Made by a program: the position numbers and the translations under genes. This document shows positions 28,048 through 36,024 of a stretch of DNA of 38,562 bases, piece after piece (position 1 is the first letter of the stretch; every line of letters begins with the position of its first letter). The notes under the pieces were generated by a model. The model was given only the letters and a program-made list of their open reading frames with translations. It was not told the DNA's origin and made no database searches. The stretch lies in the sequence record SRR20825006_483; one strand, 5' to 3'.

Positions 28048-28696
28048 ATACCGATGGGTGAGCATCGCGATCGCGATGTTTTTGCTAAGTGGTCTACCCA
28101 GTTTGGGGCTTTCCAACGCGCGGCGATGCTTCGCCGACGATGAAGTCAAAACTGAAGTGAAGCCGAAAGTGAAAGAGGCCGCTGAACTCAGTGTTGCGCC
28201 ACTTTCGCATTTGATCTATCCGGACGATCGACCCGGTTGGATCGATCAGCCGATCGTAAATGACGGCAAGGATTACAGCTTGGTCGTGACTGCGGGACCG
28301 AGTGGTTCGATGGAGGAAGCCGATGAACTCATCGGAGTTTATGCTCGTGGCGCCGTTCAGAGTTACGTCGATGAACTGGTGTCTGAGCAAGAATGGGCGA
28401 CCGAACCTGAGATGATTCCGCTGGACATCAATTGGATCCGCGATGAACTTGTTGTGCGGCGTTACGAGGGTGTTGTTCAGGTGGGCGATGAGCAGCAGTT
28501 CGAGAAAGCGATCTTGATCCGAATTGAACCCGACGACAAAAAGGTCTTCGAAACTGCTATCGCCGACATGAAGCTCAAAGAACGTTTGGCAGCGACGGGA
28601 ATTGTGATCTTGGGCGGTTTCTCGTTGTTGGTAGGAGGATCAATCGTCCTCGGTGGATTGGCTTCGCGTCAGAAGCAACCGACCGCTGCAGCTTGA
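28028..28696 (+). CDS. Hypothetical exported protein with C-terminal membrane anchor
   Basis: Overlaps the kinase stop by 20 nt. N-terminal hydrophobic signal and C-terminal TM (GIVILGGFSLLVGGSIVLGGL). Confidence 0.78.
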   Translation: MQSQQSEYRWVSIAIAMFLLSGLPSLGLSNARRCFADDEVKTEVKPKVKEAAELSVAPLSHLIYPDDRPGWIDQPIVNDGKDYSLVVTAGPSGSMEEADELIGVYARGAVQSYVDELVSEQEWATEPEMIPLDINWIRDELVVRRYEGVVQVGDEQQFEKAILIRIEPDDKKVFETAIADMKLKERLAATGIVILGGFSLLVGGSIVLGGLASRQKQPTAAA

Positions 28697-28747
28697 ATCA
28701 ACACTCAGACCTGTGAACAAAGTCCTGCCGGCTGGTGGGACTGTTTC

Positions 28748-28780
28748 GTCGGCGGTTGACCATTCCCCGTCGGCTTTTTT
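28748..28780 (+). terminator. Probable intrinsic terminator
   Basis: GTCGGCGG/CCGTCGGC stem (G-U pairs) followed by TTTTTT, between convergent genes. A second hairpin lies at 28721-28742. Confidence 0.6.
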
Positions 28781-28787
28781 CGGTCAC

Positions 28788-31700
28788 TTATTTCTGGGCC
28801 GTCAATTCATTCGCGGCCCGAAACAGTTCGGTAGAGAATGCTCTTTCGGACTGCATCCGAAACTCCGCCAAATCAACGACAACATCTTGGCGTTGGTCCT
28901 CGTCGTCGTCGTTCGAACTATTCGATGCGAGGCTCACGTCAGGGGTGTCGTCGTCCCGGATGACTTCTTCGCTCAACTCGTACGGGAAAGCGGAATCGTC
29001 AAGGTTCATCGTGTTTGTGGACGTCAGGTAGTCACTGGTGCTGACCTTCGGCATTGAAAAGGCACGCTTGCGAACACGACAACCGATCAAACGGGTGTGA
29101 TACGGAGGCGCGAAGTTGACGAAGAACGTTTGGTCGTGAACACCCAAATCCAAAGTCAGCCGAGGATTCACCCGAAGCAAATTGGCGATTTGTTTGGGGT
29201 CCAACGAGCAATCTTTTAGGACAACGCGACGAAGGGATTGCGAGTTGGCCAACGTGTTGAGATGAGATTCACTAAGTTCGCACCCGGTCAAGTCGAGAGC
29301 CTCGAGGTTGCCTGCAGCAAGGAGTCGTTGCAAATCCTCGGCTGGAAAATCGCATCCGCTTAAGTTCAACGATGACAGTTGGTACAGAGTGCTGACCATG
29401 CGTCGAGAGTCAGGGTTCAAGGGAACCCGAGCAATGGATAGCCGGCGTAACGATGGAATCGCATGCAACCATTCGAACGTTGGCAATGACACCTGTGTGT
29501 CATCGAAATTCGCGACGCGGAGACGAAGAAGTTTGGTCCAGTGTGATGTCACCTCGTCGTCCACGCGACAACCTGGGATCTCCAGGCCGGTCAGATACCT
29601 GTACTGCCCCAAAGCTTGTAATCGGTCAGTGGAGACATTCGGATACGCCAGCACGATGTGGTCAAGCTGCTTGAACTCTAGCAGTTGATCAATCACGTCA
29701 TCGTTCAGCTCAGGCCCACCACCACCGAAATAACGCAGGTTGGTCAAGCCTTCCAAGCTCGCCTTTCGAGGCCACGGGCTTTCGACCAGTAACTCATCGA
29801 GAAGCGGTAGATCGACCAAATGCACATTATTGATCTCGCCGCGAATTTGAATGGAACCACGTAGCCGGGGAAGACCCCTCAGTTCCAATCGATTCATCTT
29901 GGAAACCTCGAAGTGATCGAGCGAAACCAAATTTGGGTTCTCCGCGATGGTCAGTTGATCCAGATCGGAAAGGTCGGCTTGGACCATTCGTAACCTCGGA
30001 AGCTTTGCCAAGCAATCCTGAAGCCACTCGGCCGAGATTCGGCAGTCACGGATGCCAAGCGACTGAAGCTTTTCTAGACTCAACACCCAGTCGAGATCCG
30101 AATACTTCAGTCCGCACTTTTGAATGCTGAGCTGTTTCAGATACGAAAGGGTTGCAAGTTGTTCGAGAGACTCAGGCCGGAAGTGAACGCTCGCCAAGTC
30201 GACCTTGGTCAACGATGGTATTTGTGCGATTTGCTGCAGCCAAGCTTCGTCACCAACGACCGTTTTCGAATTGGTTGTGATCTGCCCTTGTGAGTCGTAA
30301 GAGTACACACCCAAGTAGAACTCTTTCAGGCGACCCACATCCGATAGCCGAAGTTCTTTCAAATCGGCGGCGTGGCACTGCAATCGTCGGAGATTGGGAA
30401 CATCCTGGAGATCGACGCTTTCGAATCGTGTAAGCCCGTGCAATTGGTCGTTCCGGCCGTACAACAGCATCAGATCGATCGGTTCTAAGATCCGCCGGAA
30501 TCGCGGCAGGTTCTTTGCGTGCAGTGAATGCTTTTGCGAACGGTCCAGTTCGATTTCGGTCAGCGACGGCAGGTTCGTAAGCGTCAACTTGAGGGTCGCA
30601 TTGTTGTAAATGCGAATTGAACTTCGAATGGACAACCGTTCCAGACTGGGCCATTGATAGAGATTTATATGCCCTGTTTCACCTGGCTCAGGGCGACTCA
30701 GAAGCAACGAACGACAGGTGGTTGACCATTCTGGTTTTGAAATCGTATCCAACTTCAGCGGGTTTCTGCGCAGATCAACGTACTGCAGTTTGTCCATCTC
30801 ATTGATGGGAGCTGCCATCTGAGATGTCAGATTGCACTGGTCCAAGCTGAGAAACATCAACCGTTTACAAGCTCGAATGTCTTCGCAAATCTCGTTTGAT
30901 ACGGGAGATCCGTTCAAAGTCAGGCTGGTCAGTTCGGTGGCATTGCGAAGTGGATCGAGCGTGTGTGTTCCTAGTCGACCATCCGTAATCAGGACCGATC
31001 GCAAGGTCTTGATTCCGATAAGCGAATTCAGTGTGTTTTCGGTCGGTGAGTAAAGCTCCAGAGTGCGAAGCCGCAAAAAGCACGGATGCAGTTGTGCCGG
31101 GATTCGCTTTTTCAAAAAGCGAGGTGCTTCGAAGGTGAATTGATAACCACCACGCGACTTTGACGATTCGATACTCGCCAATTGTGTTTTGGCGGTCCAG
31201 TTGCTCGCGAAAACCAAACCGGCCGGCAAAAGGAAGCAGGCCGAGGCGACGGCGATGTCAAACTTACGACGAGTTCGCTCAGGCGTTTCAGACACCGCGA
31301 TGCGTTCACCTCGCCAGCACCACAGCCAAAATGTGAGACCGATCAATAGGGAAGCGAAGGCAACGTCGGCCAGCAACGCCCATCCAGACCAATACTGCGG
31401 AGCGTTGTTTGCAAGCGAACGTGCCGCAAGAACATTGCTGGTAGACCGTTTCGAATTGCCGTCTGGACCTTCGTCGACCAAAACCTGATACCGCCACGGC
31501 CATCCGGCTCGGGTGATTTGATCCGCTTCTAAGGCGGGCGCGCGTTGCACGAGCGTGAATGGTTCACCCATCCAACGCTCACTGATCTGCGTGTATCGCC
31601 ATGGAAAGTTAAGAAGGACCGCTACAACGGCGATCAGAGCGGCAACGGCATAAGCTGTCAGCCGAGTGCGACGGCGATACTGCGAGACTGAATCCAACAA
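28788..31700 (-). CDS. Membrane-anchored leucine-rich-repeat protein
   Basis: Three N-terminal hydrophobic segments, then many LxxLxL repeats (LTSLTLNG, LQYVDLRRN, LTKVDLAS, LSSLNLSG, LEALDLTG) and an acidic tail. Confidence 0.85.
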   Translation of the reverse strand: MLDSVSQYRRRTRLTAYAVAALIAVVAVLLNFPWRYTQISERWMGEPFTLVQRAPALEADQITRAGWPWRYQVLVDEGPDGNSKRSTSNVLAARSLANNAPQYWSGWALLADVAFASLLIGLTFWLWCWRGERIAVSETPERTRRKFDIAVASACFLLPAGLVFASNWTAKTQLASIESSKSRGGYQFTFEAPRFLKKRIPAQLHPCFLRLRTLELYSPTENTLNSLIGIKTLRSVLITDGRLGTHTLDPLRNATELTSLTLNGSPVSNEICEDIRACKRLMFLSLDQCNLTSQMAAPINEMDKLQYVDLRRNPLKLDTISKPEWSTTCRSLLLSRPEPGETGHINLYQWPSLERLSIRSSIRIYNNATLKLTLTNLPSLTEIELDRSQKHSLHAKNLPRFRRILEPIDLMLLYGRNDQLHGLTRFESVDLQDVPNLRRLQCHAADLKELRLSDVGRLKEFYLGVYSYDSQGQITTNSKTVVGDEAWLQQIAQIPSLTKVDLASVHFRPESLEQLATLSYLKQLSIQKCGLKYSDLDWVLSLEKLQSLGIRDCRISAEWLQDCLAKLPRLRMVQADLSDLDQLTIAENPNLVSLDHFEVSKMNRLELRGLPRLRGSIQIRGEINNVHLVDLPLLDELLVESPWPRKASLEGLTNLRYFGGGGPELNDDVIDQLLEFKQLDHIVLAYPNVSTDRLQALGQYRYLTGLEIPGCRVDDEVTSHWTKLLRLRVANFDDTQVSLPTFEWLHAIPSLRRLSIARVPLNPDSRRMVSTLYQLSSLNLSGCDFPAEDLQRLLAAGNLEALDLTGCELSESHLNTLANSQSLRRVVLKDCSLDPKQIANLLRVNPRLTLDLGVHDQTFFVNFAPPYHTRLIGCRVRKRAFSMPKVSTSDYLTSTNTMNLDDSAFPYELSEEVIRDDDTPDVSLASNSSNDDDEDQRQDVVVDLAEFRMQSERAFSTELFRAANELTAQK

Positions 31701-31843
31701 TTCGATGCCCCATGCGAGTGCTTTTCCGCAGAGGGGTTCCCGTGCGGCTCTCCGGTCAATCTGTTGTCAGTTTAACAGACTCATTTGACGGATGATCACG
31801 TGAAATTTGCAACTTCGGTCGGATCGTTGTGGAGCTCATTTGC

Positions 31844-32596
31844 TCACCAAATTTGAGCCTCCACGAGTTGGCTGGTCGCTTTTCCCGCCCAATCCTTGTT
31901 CGCCGCTGGGGATGCGGGGCTGGGATGCAAAATCCGATGGATCGAAACGGATGTTTGCTCCATGGACTTCACGACGCGTTGCAGGCAATTTTCCGCGAAC
32001 GCGCCCACGCCAACCAGATCCGTCCACGGGGCTGCGGCGATGACCTTTTTCAAGTGAGCATCACAGACTGCTTGCAAAGCGTCTCTTTCGGCGGCGGGCA
32101 GTTTGTCCGGGGTTCGGTTTCTGCCACTTTCTTCCATGAAAACCAGCGGGCAGTAGTTCGCGACGAAGTGATGCTGGAAAAAGTTGGCCGGCTCGGGATA
32201 CCTTTCGGAAATCAATCCCCACAGTCGACGTCCACTGACTTCACTACGTGAACAGTTCAATCCTTCGACGGGACGCTTGGGATGTTCGTTGCTCGGGCGT
32301 TCAACTTCACCTTTCAAACCCATCCACTGAACCACGGAATCGATCTCACCGAATGGAACCCCACTTTGCGCCATGCCCCATGGCCCCGGGTTCATTCCGA
32401 GAAACAACACGTGAGCATCGGCACCGATTTGCCGGACGTATTGTTGGTGAAGATTCCACGCATATCGCAGCGGGTTGTAGACGTGAGTGACCGGTTCAGC
32501 GAATTGTAGTTGATCGACTTCATCTGAAAGTTCGCTCGCGGCGTCGAGCAATTGCTTTTGAATCTTCTTCTGACTTGGAGTTTTGGCTGACGTCAT
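31844..32596 (-). CDS. Uracil-DNA glycosylase, SMUG1-like (family 3)
   Basis: YNPLRYA, LFLGMNPGPWGMAQSGVPFG, SEVSGRRLW, NYCPL, ILHPSP. ATG 32596 preferred, 2 nt after the upstream stop. Confidence 0.92.
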   Translation of the reverse strand: MTSAKTPSQKKIQKQLLDAASELSDEVDQLQFAEPVTHVYNPLRYAWNLHQQYVRQIGADAHVLFLGMNPGPWGMAQSGVPFGEIDSVVQWMGLKGEVERPSNEHPKRPVEGLNCSRSEVSGRRLWGLISERYPEPANFFQHHFVANYCPLVFMEESGRNRTPDKLPAAERDALQAVCDAHLKKVIAAAPWTDLVGVGAFAENCLQRVVKSMEQTSVSIHRILHPSPASPAANKDWAGKATSQLVEAQIW

Positions 32597-32598
32597 GG

Positions 32599-33363
32599 TC
32601 ACTGCGGGTTTGGGTTGCGAGTCGGCGTCGTGGTTCCAACGGATTGGTTGAGGATCATGATCTTCTGCCAAATTTTTCGCGACAAACCGGTGGAGAGTTG
32701 TTCCACTTCGCTGACGGCAGCGACGGAGGCGGAGTCGTCGAAATTCTTCACGTACAAAGCAGCAATCTTGCCGGTCAAGGACAGCATCTCGCTGCAGTAG
32801 TCGAGGTATCGATTCAGCTCCAGCGGCGTCATTGTCTGTCGCGGCGAGTTGTCAGTGCCGCGAAAGTTGGACAGCACCCGCTCGGGATCTTTGGTGAGCT
32901 GATGCATGTCGATGATGTGACAGATCGAACGTAATTCGTGAATCGCTGTGAGAGCACGGCGACGTTTCAGGCGTGTTTCCAACGAGATCAAAAAGTAGAT
33001 GCCCGCACTGAGTAGTAGCATCACCTGGCTGGACGAATCCGCCATCGCAATCAGATTGGGCAGCTTCATGTCATCGCTGGACAAATCCGTCGTTGCGGGT
33101 TGTGCGATGGAGAAGATCAGGACGACCAATGATCCGATCAATCCGGCCAGCAGCAGATAGCTGGCGAATCGTATGCGCCGAATCGGGCGGCCGATTTCTT
33201 GCGATCGCTGAGAGGCACTGCGTCCAACTTCCAGCAATTCTCCGCACAGATGCTGGAGTCCTGAGTCGGGGAACCGCTCGCTGATACGACGTTGCAATTT
33301 TGCAATCGTTTCCACGATGTGGGTGTCTTGCAGCGTTAAGCGAGAGAGCAATTGCTTTTCCAT
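32599..33363 (-). CDS. Hypothetical membrane protein (2 TM)
   Basis: ATG 33363, 7 nt after the upstream stop. Two TMs, with well-formed blocks RISERFPDSGL, HIIDMHQLTKDP, RYLDYCSEMLSL and KIWQKI. Confidence 0.8.
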   Translation of the reverse strand: MEKQLLSRLTLQDTHIVETIAKLQRRISERFPDSGLQHLCGELLEVGRSASQRSQEIGRPIRRIRFASYLLLAGLIGSLVVLIFSIAQPATTDLSSDDMKLPNLIAMADSSSQVMLLLSAGIYFLISLETRLKRRRALTAIHELRSICHIIDMHQLTKDPERVLSNFRGTDNSPRQTMTPLELNRYLDYCSEMLSLTGKIAALYVKNFDDSASVAAVSEVEQLSTGLSRKIWQKIMILNQSVGTTTPTRNPNPQ

Positions 33364-33370
33364 CGTAGCC

Positions 33371-34315
33371 TTAAACGGATAGATACTCTTCCATCGCTTC
33401 GCGAAGCACATCCACCTGCACTTCGGCACCAAGCCACTGAGGAACGACTTTTGCCAAGCAGGCAGCGTGGATGTCCCAGCGAGTGATGCAGTTGCTGCCC
33501 GCATCCATTTTGCAGCGTTCCCACACGCTGATGTCGTTGGCGTCCCAATTTTCGTTCAGATCCACCAGCACGGTTCCTGGAGGTGTTGTCGAACGACGGA
33601 AGGCATCGATGATTTCGGATGCAGGACCGTCCACGGCCAACCAAACGTTTGCCAGCGACGTCGTGGTGATCTCGTCTGGCGAAGTCACCGTCACGACGCG
33701 GTCCAGCGTCGATTCAAGCTGTGGTTCAACGCCCGCCGGACAATCGGGAGTGCTCTCTTTTGCAGAGGCATCCTTGTCAGGTGGAATGGTTTGCTTTGAT
33801 TCGGTTGCAGCGAGTTGATTTTCAGCGACCAGCCTTTGCGTGAGTTGTTTGCGAACGTCCGCATCTGCACTGATGATTAACACTTGTTGGACTGAAAATC
33901 CGCCTCGTTCGAGCTGATCTCGGACCAGCTGAGTCCAGGTGTTTTCTCGAACCGCAATCGCTTTCCAGTTTGATCGGGGCTCATCGCTTAATTTGGATTC
34001 CGGTGCGTTTCGCAATGCTTCAACGGGGGATGATTGGTCCACGCCGTTGATGTGAAGCTGGTCGGCGGTGTTAGAGTCCTTCGAGATTTGGTCGCGACAG
34101 CTCACGTCGACCCAAACGCCTCGAAAGCTCATGGCATGCATGCCGTTCAGTGCGATAGGCAATTGCTCTGCATTGAGATCGAACGACAAAACGCGGCAGT
34201 CCACGTTGGCTTGTTCCAGTGCGCTCTCAAGAGCGAATTGGGTGGGGTTGCCGGCAACCGGATGGCCAATCACCGCTAGCACGGGCTCGATCTTTTCGTC
34301 CATGGATGGCGGCAT
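33371..34315 (-). CDS. Shikimate dehydrogenase (AroE)-like protein with degenerate active site
   Basis: AVIGHPVAGNPTQ...LSFDL...MSFRGVWV resembles the AroE substrate-binding domain, but TxPxK, NTD and GxGGxA are absent. Confidence 0.7.
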   Translation of the reverse strand: MPPSMDEKIEPVLAVIGHPVAGNPTQFALESALEQANVDCRVLSFDLNAEQLPIALNGMHAMSFRGVWVDVSCRDQISKDSNTADQLHINGVDQSSPVEALRNAPESKLSDEPRSNWKAIAVRENTWTQLVRDQLERGGFSVQQVLIISADADVRKQLTQRLVAENQLAATESKQTIPPDKDASAKESTPDCPAGVEPQLESTLDRVVTVTSPDEITTTSLANVWLAVDGPASEIIDAFRRSTTPPGTVLVDLNENWDANDISVWERCKMDAGSNCITRWDIHAACLAKVVPQWLGAEVQVDVLREAMEEYLSV

Positions 34316-34515
34316 GCCGTGAGTGGTGGGGCGTTCGATCTTGTCAGAGGCATTCCATTTGGAAGTTGCGATCCGCGTCGCGCCTCTCTGTGTTCAGTCT
34401 ACCGTTATCTATCTTGATGCACGACCTTGGTATGCTGGGCCAATCGGCCGCGGTCTTGTTTTGCTTGCTTTCCCTTTTGCGGCCGGGGTGATGCCACGAC
34501 ACGACGATCAACTTC

Positions 34516-35814
34516 ATGGAACCTTCTCGATCTGAATTCCGCTCGATGGACCGCGACAGCCTTCGCGCACATCAATGGGCCAAGTTGCAAAGCGTTTGGC
34601 AAGGGCTGAAAGAATCCAAGCATCCGCTCTATCAACAGGCTGTCACCGCGACACCGGACTTGCTTGATTGGAATTCATTCGAATCTCTGCCGTTCCTCAC
34701 CAAATCTGATTTGCTTGGAAATTCTCGCGAGGAACCGTCCAGGCTTTTCACTCTTCCACGGCAAGCCTATTCGCGAGCACATCAGACCAGCGGTTCACGC
34801 GGTTGGCCGATGCCAATCTTTGACACGCCTGATGATTGGCGTTGGTGGTTGAATTGTTGGCAGTACGTTTTGGATGCAGCTGATGTCACGCCCGCTGACA
34901 CGGTCATGATGGCGTTTTCGTTCGGCCCGTTCATCGGGTTTTGGACTGCCAACGATGCTTTGGTCGAGCGAGGTTGCCTTGTCGTTCCAGGTGGTGGTCT
35001 GTCTTCATCGGCTCGTTTGCAGATGATGCTCGATCGCGAGTGCACGGTCGTGTGTTGCACTCCGACCTACGCGTTGCATTTGGTATCGGTCGCGAGTGAA
35101 CATGGAATCGATTTGAAAGGCAGCCACGTTACACGATTGATTGTCGCGGGAGAGCCGGGCGGAAGCGTGCCCGAAATCCGTCGTGCAATCGAGGAACCCT
35201 GGGGGGCTCGTGTGATCGATCATGCCGGTGCCAGCGAGCTTGGAGCGTGGGGATTTCCGGCCTTTGACGATCGTGGTTTGCACATCATTGAGTCAGAGTT
35301 CATCGCTGAGTTTGTGGTGTTTGACGAAGACGGACGGGCCGTGCGTTTCGCGGAGCCCGGCGAAGAATCGGAATTGGTAATGACCAACTTGGGACGCTCA
35401 GGCGGACCAATTGTTCGCTATCGAACAGGTGACATCGTTCGGCCGGTCTGGGATCACGGACTGCTGTGTCAGTTCGTCAAGCTAGATGGGGGTGTGATTG
35501 GGCGAGCAGACGACATGCTGGTCATTCGTGGTGTCAACGTTTTTCCCGCCAGCATTGAAGCGATTGTTCGTCAGACGCTTCCCGAAGCGGAATTTCGAAT
35601 GATCGCGACCCGTCAGGACCATTTGGACCAACTTTCGATCGAAATTGAAGCTCCGGGCGAAACGGACACCGAATCCGGCAGGCTGGGAGGTTTGCAAAGA
35701 CTGCAAGATGCCTTTCGCGAGCGACTGGCTTTGCGCGTTGAGATCGCTTCGGTGCCGGAAGGGTCACTGCCTCGTTCGGAGGGGAAATCCAAACGCTTTA
35801 TGGATCATCGCTGA
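34516..35814 (+). CDS. Phenylacetate-CoA ligase (PaaK)-family adenylate-forming enzyme
   Basis: LPFLTKSDL, QTSGSRG, TPTYALHL, VAGEPG, DHAGASE, RYRTGD, IGRADDMLVIRGVNVFP, GKSKR. Confidence 0.9.
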   Translation: MEPSRSEFRSMDRDSLRAHQWAKLQSVWQGLKESKHPLYQQAVTATPDLLDWNSFESLPFLTKSDLLGNSREEPSRLFTLPRQAYSRAHQTSGSRGWPMPIFDTPDDWRWWLNCWQYVLDAADVTPADTVMMAFSFGPFIGFWTANDALVERGCLVVPGGGLSSSARLQMMLDRECTVVCCTPTYALHLVSVASEHGIDLKGSHVTRLIVAGEPGGSVPEIRRAIEEPWGARVIDHAGASELGAWGFPAFDDRGLHIIESEFIAEFVVFDEDGRAVRFAEPGEESELVMTNLGRSGGPIVRYRTGDIVRPVWDHGLLCQFVKLDGGVIGRADDMLVIRGVNVFPASIEAIVRQTLPEAEFRMIATRQDHLDQLSIEIEAPGETDTESGRLGGLQRLQDAFRERLALRVEIASVPEGSLPRSEGKSKRFMDHR

Positions 35815-35866
35815 TTTGTTTCGATCGTTTGTGCGGATCGTGAGGAATTTCCGGGTTTCGCATATA

Positions 35867-35891
35867 GGGTGCTGTCACATTGACAGCACCC
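35867..35891. promoter_or_regulatory. Perfect 11-3-11 palindrome upstream of the wzc-like gene
   Basis: GGGTGCTGTCA-CAT-TGACAGCACCC. A TTGACG (-35-like) hexamer follows at 35926. Confidence 0.55.
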
Positions 35892-36024
35892 GCAAAGGGA
35901 AAAGCGGGCAAAAATGCTTTTTCGCTTGACGATATCGAGAGCGCAAGTGAACATCGGTTTGTCACGGTAGGGGGATTCAACGAAACCCTGCGGTCCACAA
36001 TTGATCGATCTCGAGAAAGTATCT

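Noticed and set aside
13982-28696. A single membrane-remodelling supercluster joining AAA+/kinase-tubulin with the PspA-like/kinase unit
   Set aside because: The two units are separated by about 6 kb of opposite-strand genes; there is no sequence evidence of co-regulation, so they are reported separately.
35889-35915. GCAAA/GAAA-containing segment resembling a c-di-GMP-I riboswitch
   Set aside because: The two-hairpin GEMM architecture and its conserved flanks could not be built.
35962-35974. CACGGTAGGGG as an ops/JUMPStart element before wzc
   Set aside because: Only a partial match to GGCGGTAG; insufficient evidence.
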